From a virus: 64,000 nt of DNA. Positions 20,220 through 29,821 of the stretch are shown here, in pieces. The first letter of the stretch is position 1, and every line of letters starts with the position of its first letter. Location: positions 32,001 through 96,000 of IMG/VR virus record IMGVR_UViG_3300037245_000888; one strand, 5' to 3'. Position numbers and translations under genes: made by a program. The notes beneath the pieces are model-generated. The model worked only from the letters and a program-made list of their open reading frames with translations. It was not told the DNA's origin and ran no database searches.

Positions 20220-23120
20220 ATGAACACGAAAATCACAAATAACATTAAAATATCACAAATCAAAAATACAAAAGTATGTGCATTTAAAGGCTTCATGTCA
20301 ACATTCAACGTGAGAGGTGGGTCTACCCCATTCCTCCACCTCTTATCTCTACATAAGAAATTTATAAGAGAACATGATAATATGACTGTTATAGAAGAAT
20401 TCTTTGATGAAAATGTAGATGATTCGTACTTTCATTCTACTGTGGCCTTAGATATCGAGAAGAACTTATTCACTAAAAATTTAACTAGAATGTACGACTA
20501 TTTCAAGTCTAATAACGCTACTATAATAGATTCTAAAGGTGGCTCATTCGATTACAATCACAATGGACAAACTATAGAAACTAAATATGATATGATTATT
20601 GAATATCCAGATAGAATTGAAGTTGTTAAAATTGCTAACACTATTCCTAAGCTGTCATATAACGCTAAATCAGAGAAAAACTTACCAAGCAACAATCTAG
20701 AATTGTTCTTACTATCTGAGGGTGGTAAGAGTGCCTTTAACAGTGGTGGAACGTTGTTTGATAACATTAGTCTAGGGATTACAGATAAGCCTGTATATGG
20801 GTCTTTTTACCACCTACAGGGTAAGGCTGACAAGGATTCAGATAAGAAAAGTAAAATAGTTAAAAATTGTTATCAGATGTGGTTGAAAGGTGATTTCAAA
20901 GGTATTCAACATGAATTAAATGAGTTACAAGAACTATATTATTATTATCATGAATTAGGTAAGAATGGAAAAGCAAAACCCTTTATGACTAAAATTAATA
21001 AAATTAACTCAATCCTAAAGTTTGATCACAATCATGGTAATCACATTATCTCTGAAGTAAAGTTTGATAAATATAATATTCTATCTGAATTAGATGATAT
21101 ATTATCTGTTGAGTTAAATATGGATAGTGATAAATGTTCAGGAACCCATTGTACTATGTGTCCAAGTAAAGTATTATGTGACGCAAAGAAGTATACTCAT
21201 ATCGACTTAGAAGAGATAGTTGATGAAATTGAGGATGCTGATGATTGGACTAAGCTGCTTGATGATAATTATGAGTTAATAGAGAAGGTTGAGATTAAAC
21301 CAACTAATCAGCAACAAGCAGTGATAGATACCAAAGAAGGATTTATTAGAGTTAACTCAGCATGTGGAACAGGTAAGTCTGAAACTACAGCTCAGAGATT
21401 TAAATCATTAATTCAAGATGGAGTTGAGTCAAATAAAATACTTGGAATCACATTCACAAACAAAGGTGGACAGGAGTTAAGAGATAGAGTTTCAAAGAGA
21501 GCTAACGTTGATAAAAATGATCTTGAGATTTATACATTTAACTCACTAGGCTCTCATATATTAAATAATGAGTTTGAATTATTAGGATTCACAAAAGAAC
21601 CAACTATCGTAGATAATATCACGAAAGTAGAAACTATGTTATCTATATTAAGAAATCCAAAGTACTATAGTATTGATTGGTTAAATATGAAATTACCATT
21701 ACTATCTATGATCAATGCTAAAGGTGCAGTTTATGAATTATTTGCTGCATTCAGCAAGAAGAAAACATTTGATACGTTTGGTGATTACGATAAAGAGCAA
21801 CTGGAAATTATTCAAGAAATGTTCGATGAATATAATAAAGCCGTTTGGAGTAAAGATAAAATTGACTATCAAGACCAAATATTATTAGTTAATGAATTAT
21901 TCGAAAACCATCCACAGCTTATTGAGAAATATGGATTTACACACATTATGACTGATGAGTTTCAAGATACTAATAAAATGCAAGTATACTTGCTTAATCA
22001 ATTATCAACATACACAGAGTTTGTATCAATGATGAATGTAGGTGACGCATCTCAAAGTATATACAGTTTTGCTGGATCCTCACAAGAATATATGTTAAAC
22101 TTCGAAGCATATTTTGGAGAGTTCACAGATTTATCAATGACAACTAATTTCAGATCAACAACGCAAATTTGCGATTTTGCCAATAAATTGGATAGATTAA
22201 ATACTATCAGAATAGATAAAACAATGACATCATTCAAAGGAAATGGAGAAGAAGTAGAATTACTCTCATACGATACCCTAGAAGACGAATATAGGGACGT
22301 AGCGAACCTTATTAAGTTTTCTGATACTAACTATCAAGACACTGCTATACTGGCAAGAACGAAGGCTGAGCTGCTTAAAATGCAACGTGTGTTAAGTGAT
22401 AATAATATACCTAGTATAATTGATGTCACTGAAAGAAATATAGACAATCATACTGTTAGGCTTGCTATTAATTTAGCTCAGTATTTAAACAACCCAAAAG
22501 AGAATCAATATTTGTTAGATCACATTTCATATTTAAATCCAGAAGTGTCCAGTGATGATGAGTTAAATAATCTTATGGATAGTGTTGGTAAAACATTAAC
22601 AGATGTAATTAACAATATTATCACTGAAGAAGAAAGACTAGAAGAAGGTTTGGATGCTAATGAGTCTATTGAATTAACTAGATTAGAATTATATTTAGAT
22701 TTAGTTAGACCATTAAGAGACTCTGATGAAGTATGTGACAAGTTTATTGAAGGTGTATTAAATAGTAGAACATTCATATCAATATCTGATTTATCTTCTT
22801 ATTTAAAGAAACATGTAGATTATAATGATGCTGGACAAGTTGAGAAAGATGAAAGAAAATGGAAAGCTGTTAAACTTACAACTCTTCATTCTAGTAAGGG
22901 ACAAGAATTTAATACTACTTTCGTTCTCCTTGACAAAATGAAATATGATCACAAAATGTCACTAAAGGATTTGGAGGAAGAGAGGAGATTACTCTTTGTT
23001 GGCTGTACTAGGTCAAAGGATAAGTTGTACATCATGTATAACAAGAATATGGATAAGAAACGTGGAGCTGGCAAGTATTGCTTGTTTGCTGATGAAGTTG
23101 CTATGATATTACAAGATTAA
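20220..23120 (+). CDS. UvrD/PcrA-like SF1A helicase with an N-terminal degenerate nuclease-like/Fe-S domain
   Basis: QQ, SACGTGKS, ITFTNK, DEFQDTN, VGDASQSIYSF, NFRST, AILART, TTLHSSKGQEF, EERRLLFVGCTRSK. Confidence 0.9.
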   Translation: MNTKITNNIKISQIKNTKVCAFKGFMSTFNVRGGSTPFLHLLSLHKKFIREHDNMTVIEEFFDENVDDSYFHSTVALDIEKNLFTKNLTRMYDYFKSNNATIIDSKGGSFDYNHNGQTIETKYDMIIEYPDRIEVVKIANTIPKLSYNAKSEKNLPSNNLELFLLSEGGKSAFNSGGTLFDNISLGITDKPVYGSFYHLQGKADKDSDKKSKIVKNCYQMWLKGDFKGIQHELNELQELYYYYHELGKNGKAKPFMTKINKINSILKFDHNHGNHIISEVKFDKYNILSELDDILSVELNMDSDKCSGTHCTMCPSKVLCDAKKYTHIDLEEIVDEIEDADDWTKLLDDNYELIEKVEIKPTNQQQAVIDTKEGFIRVNSACGTGKSETTAQRFKSLIQDGVESNKILGITFTNKGGQELRDRVSKRANVDKNDLEIYTFNSLGSHILNNEFELLGFTKEPTIVDNITKVETMLSILRNPKYYSIDWLNMKLPLLSMINAKGAVYELFAAFSKKKTFDTFGDYDKEQLEIIQEMFDEYNKAVWSKDKIDYQDQILLVNELFENHPQLIEKYGFTHIMTDEFQDTNKMQVYLLNQLSTYTEFVSMMNVGDASQSIYSFAGSSQEYMLNFEAYFGEFTDLSMTTNFRSTTQICDFANKLDRLNTIRIDKTMTSFKGNGEEVELLSYDTLEDEYRDVANLIKFSDTNYQDTAILARTKAELLKMQRVLSDNNIPSIIDVTERNIDNHTVRLAINLAQYLNNPKENQYLLDHISYLNPEVSSDDELNNLMDSVGKTLTDVINNIITEEERLEEGLDANESIELTRLELYLDLVRPLRDSDEVCDKFIEGVLNSRTFISISDLSSYLKKHVDYNDAGQVEKDERKWKAVKLTTLHSSKGQEFNTTFVLLDKMKYDHKMSLKDLEEERRLLFVGCTRSKDKLYIMYNKNMDKKRGAGKYCLFADEVAMILQD

Positions 23121-23146
23121 CCAAACTAAATAAAATAAATCTAATA

Positions 23147-23181
23147 AAAGCATTGACATTAAGTTGTTGATGCTTTATTAT
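23147..23181 (+). promoter_or_regulatory. Hairpin overlapping a sigmaA promoter
   Basis: TTGACA(23153)-17nt-TATTAT(23176) lying within the AAAGCATTGACA/TGTTGATGCTTT inverted repeat. Confidence 0.7.
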
Positions 23182-23227
23182 ATTACATATAGGGAACAGG
23201 AAAACAATATTGAGGAGGAAATTAATA

Positions 23228-23776
23228 ATGGGAATGTATACAGGAATCAGATTTAAGGGAACAGTAAAAGAAGAGTTTAGAAAAGGGTTTGGTATTATTG
23301 CTATTGAAGGAGATTGGGAATTACATTTAGATGATAACTTAAAAGCATTTGGAGATAATGTAGGTAGAAGTGGTTTTATCCCATGTGGATGCTTATCATA
23401 TATGCCTGATAAATGGGAGAAGGATTATATTAATCCAGAAGGCAATAAGGAGCCTGAATTTAGCTCAGATAAAGACAAACCAATTGAAGAAGTTAAATAT
23501 TACAAACAAGTTGACACAGATGGATTTAAAAGAACATATAATGAAGAAACTGGTTATTGGACTTTCCAATGTTCATTAAAGAATTATGAATCTGAGATTG
23601 AAATATTCTTTAAATTATTACCTTATTTTATTGAGTCGATTGATCACTTAGAATATTTCTATGAAGAAGATACATGGTCACAAAAGTATGAATTAGTGAA
23701 TGGAAAGGTTGTTGAGACAAGTGATAAATTTGTACTGTATGGATATGAAGATGAAAATAGTAAGTGGGGTTATTAA
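23228..23776 (+). CDS. Hypothetical phage protein (MGMYT N-terminus)
   Basis: GAGGAGG RBS before ATG 23228. Confidence 0.7.
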   Translation: MGMYTGIRFKGTVKEEFRKGFGIIAIEGDWELHLDDNLKAFGDNVGRSGFIPCGCLSYMPDKWEKDYINPEGNKEPEFSSDKDKPIEEVKYYKQVDTDGFKRTYNEETGYWTFQCSLKNYESEIEIFFKLLPYFIESIDHLEYFYEEDTWSQKYELVNGKVVETSDKFVLYGYEDENSKWGY

Positions 23777-23777
23777 A

Positions 23778-24215
23778 ATGAATTCAAATACAACATTAGA
23801 AGAATTAGATTTATCGGTAAGAGCATATAATTGCTTAAAGAGACACAGAATTAATACACTTGGACAATTAGAGAAATTAACTCATGAAGATTTATTGAAA
23901 GTTAGAAATATGAATATGAAATGTGTTTTTGAAGTTGAGAAGAAATTAGGTAGAGTTGATGAAATAGTTGAACATTCTCCATTAGAATTTAAACCTAATG
24001 AAATAGTATTCGATAGAAAAAGAGGCTGGTACGGTATTTACTTAAGTAAAGTAGATTCAGAATGCTCAGAGGTTCAATTTGAAGATGGATTAACTATCGT
24101 CCGAACTAAATGGCTAACACATGTTAATCAAGTTGCAGTGTTAAAAATTATTAGAGAATATAATGAATTACAGCAAAGAGGTGTGATTGACTTAGGAAAT
24201 GAATTTGAATATTAA
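23778..24215 (+). CDS. RNA polymerase alpha-CTD-like domain protein
   Basis: LEELDLSVRAYNCLKR..INTLGQL...T.EDLLKVRN matches the RpoA C-terminal domain signature. Confidence 0.85.
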   Translation: MNSNTTLEELDLSVRAYNCLKRHRINTLGQLEKLTHEDLLKVRNMNMKCVFEVEKKLGRVDEIVEHSPLEFKPNEIVFDRKRGWYGIYLSKVDSECSEVQFEDGLTIVRTKWLTHVNQVAVLKIIREYNELQQRGVIDLGNEFEY

Positions 24216-24226
24216 GGAGAAATAAG

Positions 24227-24388
24227 ATGAAATACGAAATTACCTATAAATACACAAGCACAAGGATTTCTACAGTGGAGGCTGATAACGAGGAAGAGGC
24301 AATTAAAAAGTTTAACGATGGGCATATCTTAGAGGACTCAGAAGAAGATTGTGAAGATAGTGTTTTTCAAGATATTAAGAAAATATAA
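24227..24388 (+). CDS. Small 53-aa protein (DpnD/PcfM-like VEA.neeeA motif), not in ORF track
   Basis: AAGGAG RBS; MKYEITYKYTSTRISTVEADNEEEAIKKF... Confidence 0.65.
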   Translation: MKYEITYKYTSTRISTVEADNEEEAIKKFNDGHILEDSEEDCEDSVFQDIKKI

Positions 24389-24400
24389 GGAGGATCACAA

Positions 24401-24601
24401 GTGAAAACTAAAAAGCAAATTAGAAAACAGATTAGAGAATTAAAATTAGATCAGAAAAACTTAGGATTAAAAACTGATCGTCGGCTTTGGGGAAGTAAAA
24501 TGAAACAAATTACTGAGTTATCTCCCAGAGATATGGATAAATTTAGCTCTATACAACTTGAGATTGATGTGTTAAGATGGGTAATGAGGGAGGAGAAATA
24601 G
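24401..24601 (+). CDS. Hypothetical protein
   Basis: AAGGAGG RBS, GTG start. Confidence 0.6.
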   Translation: MKTKKQIRKQIRELKLDQKNLGLKTDRRLWGSKMKQITELSPRDMDKFSSIQLEIDVLRWVMREEK

Positions 24602-24763
24602 ATGAAAAAAGAAGACTTTAAAGAGATGTTAAAAGAATGCTTAAAGGAGTTAATAGAAGATGGCACCTTGGCATTTTATAAAGGTGACTATACTGGTGAG
24701 TCAAAAATATATTTAAATGACGAACCTATTGGAAGTATTGATGTGTTACTAAGACGAACATAA
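24602..24763 (+). CDS. Small 53-aa hypothetical protein, not in ORF track
   Basis: GGAGGAG RBS; MKKEDFKEMLKECLKELIEDG...LLRRT*. Confidence 0.6.
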   Translation: MKKEDFKEMLKECLKELIEDGTLAFYKGDYTGESKIYLNDEPIGSIDVLLRRT

Positions 24764-24781
24764 GACAATAAGGAGGCTCAA

Positions 24782-24970
24782 ATGATTAAAAAGTTTGTCG
24801 TAAGATTCTTAGAATCAATGGTGGACAAATGTAATTCTGAGATGGAAATTTTAGAAATGGAAGGAAGATCTAACAGTATAAAATACTCTAATGAATGGTT
24901 GGATGAGATGCATAATCTTGAAACAAAGAAGAAACAATCGTTGCAACATGTTATTAGACTATTAAAATAA
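24782..24970 (+). CDS. Hypothetical protein
   Basis: AAGGAGG RBS. Confidence 0.6.
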   Translation: MIKKFVVRFLESMVDKCNSEMEILEMEGRSNSIKYSNEWLDEMHNLETKKKQSLQHVIRLLK

Positions 24971-24981
24971 AGGAGGCTTAA

Positions 24982-25572
24982 ATGGCACATGGTAACAATA
25001 GGGTTGATATAGATGGATATACTTTTCTATCACCCTCTGAAGGACGATTTTATTTAAAAGTTAAAAGAGCAAAAGAAAATGGTGTCATATTAGATTTTGA
25101 AATCGCACCAAAGTATGAGCTACAACCAAAGTTTACAGATTGGAGAGGTAAGAAAATTGATTCAATTGATCATTATCCAGATTTCTTTATTACTCGATTA
25201 GATGGAAGTCAATATATTATTGATACTAAAGGTGGATCATTTCATGAAAAAGATGCTGTTCTAAAACGTAAAATGTGGTTATATAAGAATCAAGGTATCC
25301 CATATTATTATGCTTCAGAAATACCAAAGTTTCTTGGAAAAGTGTGGTGTGAAACAAGCACTGGAAATAACTTTGAAAAGAAGCTCAAAGATTTATATTA
25401 TAAAATATTACATCCAGATATTAAAAGAGCAACAGCTACATCTCCACAAATAAGAAAATCAGAAATTGATGAATACTTTGATTGGGAATGTCTAGATGGA
25501 CTGTTTAACAGGATGATTAAGAAGTACACTAAAAAAGAACGTGAGAAAATGGCTAAGGAAAAGGAGAAATAA
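24982..25572 (+). CDS. DUF1064-like PD-(D/E)XK endonuclease (possible Holliday junction resolvase)
   Basis: IDGYTFLSPSEGRFY, YELQPKF, YPDF, IIDTKG motifs. Confidence 0.75.
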   Translation: MAHGNNRVDIDGYTFLSPSEGRFYLKVKRAKENGVILDFEIAPKYELQPKFTDWRGKKIDSIDHYPDFFITRLDGSQYIIDTKGGSFHEKDAVLKRKMWLYKNQGIPYYYASEIPKFLGKVWCETSTGNNFEKKLKDLYYKILHPDIKRATATSPQIRKSEIDEYFDWECLDGLFNRMIKKYTKKEREKMAKEKEK

Positions 25573-25574
25573 TA

Positions 25575-25850
25575 ATGAAAGATAATTTAAGTAAAGCAAT
25601 ATTTTTAAAGCATGAAACTGATGAAACTGGATATCCTATAATCGGATATGAATATGTAAAACAATTCCACGATAATGCAAAACAAGCATTCCCAGACAAT
25701 GTAATATTTTCATATTTTGGATTTGATATTCATGTCTTGGAAGGAACAGATTTAATTAAAGTTGAAAGTTTAGAAGAGATCAAAGATATATTAAATCAGA
25801 AATTAGAAGATATTAAAGTTAATAGTTTAAAGGTTGAAGTATCTGAATAA
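25575..25850 (+). CDS. Hypothetical protein
   Basis: AAGGAG RBS. Confidence 0.6.
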   Translation: MKDNLSKAIFLKHETDETGYPIIGYEYVKQFHDNAKQAFPDNVIFSYFGFDIHVLEGTDLIKVESLEEIKDILNQKLEDIKVNSLKVEVSE

Positions 25851-25862
25851 GTGTGGTATTAT
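25834..25862 (+). promoter_or_regulatory. sigmaA-type promoter
   Basis: TTGAAG-17nt-TGgTATTAT. Confidence 0.5.
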
Positions 25863-25917
25863 TGATTAGTAAGATATGTTGTGAACCAAACTAAGATTAT
25901 AAAAGGAGATTAAAAAG

Positions 25918-26466
25918 ATGACAGGAAAGAAAATTGATTTAGAAAATGTAGAAGCGGTTGATGTTGATTTTGAAGAGGTAGTTGAAACTGAAGGTGATAC
26001 TCCGGTAGAAGTTAAGCCAGAAGAGAAACCAAAATTAACATTAGAGGAACAAGTTGTTAGTTTAGAAGGCAAAATTGAAGAAGTTAAAAGATATCAAAGT
26101 TTCTTGAGTTTAGTTAAGATGGCTGGAGTTGGTTTCAGATATGAACTTCCGAGTAAAGATGACAGATCAGTTATGACATTGAATGTTGTAGTTAAGAAAA
26201 CTAAAACTGGTCATATGGATGTTGAGAAATATGAGATTGATGGTAGAAATGAAGATGGTACTGGTATTCAAGGTAAGTGGTTAGGTAAAGAGAGATTGAC
26301 TGGTACAGCTTTCGACATGGGTGAGCAGCAAGCTAAAATGTATTTACAAATGTTTGAGAGTCAACTTGAGTTAGTTAAGAGTGAGATCAGTGGTGAGACT
26401 GTTGATGGGGTTAAGGTTGAAAGAGGATTGAGAGCCAAGACAGGAGTATTAGATGAGAAAATTTAA
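25918..26466 (+). CDS. Hypothetical protein
   Basis: AAAGGAG RBS. Confidence 0.7.
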   Translation: MTGKKIDLENVEAVDVDFEEVVETEGDTPVEVKPEEKPKLTLEEQVVSLEGKIEEVKRYQSFLSLVKMAGVGFRYELPSKDDRSVMTLNVVVKKTKTGHMDVEKYEIDGRNEDGTGIQGKWLGKERLTGTAFDMGEQQAKMYLQMFESQLELVKSEISGETVDGVKVERGLRAKTGVLDEKI

Positions 26467-27055
26467 AGTTATTAAACAATTTGGAAGATGTGGCGTAGGA
26501 GATATTGTTAATGAAGATTATATTTATACTCATTTTAATAACCACCGTGGTATATCTTGGACTGGAAACATAGAAGACTTCAATAGTATTCTTTTAGGTA
26601 AGATAGAAGAAGTTTTTGAATTTGTACCTGTTAAACCACAAACATTCACAACTTTAGAAATGATTGCTGACTGGAAAGATAGTGAATTTACTAAAGAGTA
26701 TCAGATATTAGATAGTAAAGATCATGATAATTGGGTTGGAGCCAATGATACTTATGGATGGCTATGTTGGAAAAGAGACTTTGATGATAGATTTCCTATG
26801 TGCGAGTCAAATTTAAATGATATTTGGATTGAAAAAGTTGAACCAAAACCTGAATACATCAAATTTTCTGATTGGGAAGATGGTGTTTGGTATTTTACAG
26901 AAGGAGCGTCAAGCTGTCATATGACGAAGGATAGTATTGTATATTATTCTGGTAAAGAATTAATTATAGAATATGGAGATGATGTTAAATTGGATAAAAG
27001 TCAAATTAGCTACAATCAATTAACTGGATTTAAATGGATTAAGTTTGAAATATAA
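26453..27055 (+). CDS. Hypothetical protein (Trp-rich)
   Basis: AGGAG RBS, overlaps the previous gene. Confidence 0.65.
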   Translation: MRKFKVIKQFGRCGVGDIVNEDYIYTHFNNHRGISWTGNIEDFNSILLGKIEEVFEFVPVKPQTFTTLEMIADWKDSEFTKEYQILDSKDHDNWVGANDTYGWLCWKRDFDDRFPMCESNLNDIWIEKVEPKPEYIKFSDWEDGVWYFTEGASSCHMTKDSIVYYSGKELIIEYGDDVKLDKSQISYNQLTGFKWIKFEI

Positions 27056-27067
27056 GGAGAATAAAAT

Positions 27068-27667
27068 ATGAGTGTAGTTGTAGCAATTAAAGATGATGAT
27101 AAAGTATGGATGGCTTGTGATAGTCAAGTTTCTCAGGGTTACAGTAAAATGACACTGACTAACAGTAATAACTATAAAATAGTAAGACCTAAAAATGAAA
27201 AGAATACATTGGTTGGTATCGTTGGTAATTTAAAATTACAAAACGCTATGAAAATACAAGATTCATTTATAGATGAATTGATTGTGCTTAAAGGTGAATT
27301 TAATTTTAAAGAAATGTTTACTAAGGTCATGCCAAAGATATTTGAAATAGCTAAAAAGTATGGTGTGTCTGAAAAAGCAAAAGATCAAGACAGCGTTTAT
27401 CTTAACGGAGTGATAATATTTGCCCATAAAGATATGTTATTTAAATTGGACTCTGATGGGTGTGTAACAGAGGTTGACGACTATATTGCTACTGGTAGTG
27501 GTGGTAGATTATCTACTGGTTATTTAAATCAATTAGATAATACTGAGAGCAAAAGAGATAGTATAATCAAAGCTGTTAAGGCTGCTTGTCAAACAGATTT
27601 ATATGTAAATTATCCAATTATTGTTACAAATACTATGGATGATGAGTTTATTGTTATTAATAAATAG
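27068..27667 (+). CDS. Ntn-hydrolase, proteasome-beta/HslV-like protein
   Basis: MSVVVAI...VWMACDSQ, YKI, GIVG, YIATGSGG, A..AA..D.YVN.P pattern. Confidence 0.75.
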   Translation: MSVVVAIKDDDKVWMACDSQVSQGYSKMTLTNSNNYKIVRPKNEKNTLVGIVGNLKLQNAMKIQDSFIDELIVLKGEFNFKEMFTKVMPKIFEIAKKYGVSEKAKDQDSVYLNGVIIFAHKDMLFKLDSDGCVTEVDDYIATGSGGRLSTGYLNQLDNTESKRDSIIKAVKAACQTDLYVNYPIIVTNTMDDEFIVINK

Positions 27668-27709
27668 GACATAATTAGGACATAATAAGACACAATAGGA
27701 GGAACGTGA

Positions 27710-29821
27710 ATGGAAAAGGTAATTGAGAATGGAATTGTGGTTAAGAGAGATGGATCAGAAGTGCAATATGATGGAAGTAAGATTATAGATGCTATAGACA
27801 AGGCATTTTCAGCATGTAATAAAAAAGAGAGTGCTGTATCGAGAACAATAGAACAAGAAGTTAGATCTGAAGTTGGATTAAAATCAACCATTAACGAAAT
27901 TCAAAATTTAGTAGAGTCTAAAATTATGCAGTATGGTCAGCATAAAGATGTGTCTAAAGCATTTATTATTTACAGATACAAACACACACAAGATAGAATT
28001 ATTGAAGACAAAAGATTATTCATCGAAGACTACAAAGAAGCTAAGAATGCATCTAGTGGCAGTAAGTATGACTCAAATGCAAATGTTGAGAATAAAAATA
28101 TCGCTACTCTAAGTGGTGAATTAAATAAGAAGGAAAACATTTTATTAAATAGAAAGCTTCTTACAAACAAAATTACTCAACTTTATGGAAAAGATTTAGC
28201 TGATGAATATATCAGACAATTAAATGATCATGAGATTTATAAACATGATGAAACATCTATTAAACCATATTGTGTAAGTATTAGTATGTATCCATTTTTA
28301 AGAAACGGTTTAAAGGATTTGGGTGGATTATCAGAAGCACCAACACATCTACAATCATTCAATGGATCATTTATCAATCTAGTGTTTGCTGTAGCCTCTC
28401 AATTTGCTGGAGCTGTAGCAACACCGGAATACTTAATGTATATGGACTACTTTATCAGAAACGACTATGGAAATGAGTATTACTTAGATTCAAACAGAGT
28501 AGTTGATATGTCATCAAGACAAAGAACAATTGAAAAAGTAATAGAAGATTCATTCCAGCAAGTAGTATATAGTATGAATCAACCAGCAGCGGCTAGAGAC
28601 TACCAATCTGTATTTTGGAACATAGGCTACTTTGATAGTCACTATTTTAAAAGCATGTTTGAGACATTTAGATTTCCTGATGGATCAGAACCACAGTGGG
28701 AATCATTAAACTGGCTACAAAAGAAATTTATGAAGTGGTTTAACAAGGAGAGAACTAAAACTCCATTGACATTCCCTGTGGAGACAATGGCATTACTGAC
28801 TGAGGATAACGATGTTAGAGACAAAGAGTACGCAGAATTTACGTCTGAGATGTTCTCTGAAGGACATTCCTTCTTTGTATATATGTCAGATAGTGCAGAT
28901 AGCTTGAGTTCTTGCTGTAGACTTAGAAATGAGATTGCATCAAATGATTTCTCATTCTCGTTGGGTGCCGGAGGAGTAGCAACTGGATCTAAATCTGTTA
29001 TGACTATGAATGTAAATAGATTAGTTCAAAATGCTGTGAATAAAGGTGTTGGTATATCAGATGCAATAAGAGAGCAAACATTAAAGATTCATAAGTATCA
29101 AACAGCCTATAATGAAATTATGAAAGAAAACTTTGAAGCAAAATTGTTACCTGTTTATAATGCAGGATATATATTCTTAGAAAAACAATACTTAACAATT
29201 GGTGTAAATGGAGTTGTTGAGAGTGCTGAGTTTATGGGTATTGACATTAGTGTTAATGATGAGTATCAGGAATATATTAATACTATTCTTAAGCCCATTT
29301 ATGAAGAGAACTTAAATGCAAAGTTAAACAGTGATGAATTAATGTTTAATACAGAATTTGTTCCAGCTGAAAACTTAGGTGTAAAACATGCCAATTGGGA
29401 TAGACAAGATGGATATTTTGTACCAAGAGATGTTTACAATTCATATTTCTATGTAGTTGAAGATGAAAAAATAAATCTAATCGATAAGATTAAATTACAT
29501 GGTAAAGACTCTGTTCAATTTTTAGATGGAGGATCAGCTTTACATGCAAACTTAGATGAACATTTAACGAAAGACCAATACAGAATATTATTGAAAGTTG
29601 CTGCTCAACAAGGTTGTAATTATTTTACTTTTAATATACCAAATACAATCTGTAATGAATGTAATCACATCAGTAAAAATAAACTTACAAAATGTGAAAA
29701 ATGTGGTTCAGAAAATTTAGATTACTTAACTAGAGTTATTGGTTATTTAAAAAGAGTATCTAGTTTTAGTGTGCCAAGACAAAAAGAAGAAGGTGAAAGA
29801 TATTATGGTAACTTACGATAA
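27710..29821 (+). CDS. nrdD: Anaerobic ribonucleoside-triphosphate reductase (class III) with ATP-cone
   Basis: ATP-cone VVKRDG, IYKHD, TFPV, SSCCRL, EFVPAE, CxxC..CxxC and glycyl-radical TRVIGYL. Confidence 0.96.
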   Translation: MEKVIENGIVVKRDGSEVQYDGSKIIDAIDKAFSACNKKESAVSRTIEQEVRSEVGLKSTINEIQNLVESKIMQYGQHKDVSKAFIIYRYKHTQDRIIEDKRLFIEDYKEAKNASSGSKYDSNANVENKNIATLSGELNKKENILLNRKLLTNKITQLYGKDLADEYIRQLNDHEIYKHDETSIKPYCVSISMYPFLRNGLKDLGGLSEAPTHLQSFNGSFINLVFAVASQFAGAVATPEYLMYMDYFIRNDYGNEYYLDSNRVVDMSSRQRTIEKVIEDSFQQVVYSMNQPAAARDYQSVFWNIGYFDSHYFKSMFETFRFPDGSEPQWESLNWLQKKFMKWFNKERTKTPLTFPVETMALLTEDNDVRDKEYAEFTSEMFSEGHSFFVYMSDSADSLSSCCRLRNEIASNDFSFSLGAGGVATGSKSVMTMNVNRLVQNAVNKGVGISDAIREQTLKIHKYQTAYNEIMKENFEAKLLPVYNAGYIFLEKQYLTIGVNGVVESAEFMGIDISVNDEYQEYINTILKPIYEENLNAKLNSDELMFNTEFVPAENLGVKHANWDRQDGYFVPRDVYNSYFYVVEDEKINLIDKIKLHGKDSVQFLDGGSALHANLDEHLTKDQYRILLKVAAQQGCNYFTFNIPNTICNECNHISKNKLTKCEKCGSENLDYLTRVIGYLKRVSSFSVPRQKEEGERYYGNLR

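Noticed and set aside
14253-29821. Inteins or group I introns in dnaE, the helicases or nrdD
   Set aside because: The reading frames are continuous and of normal size, with no intein C...HN or LAGLIDADG blocks seen.
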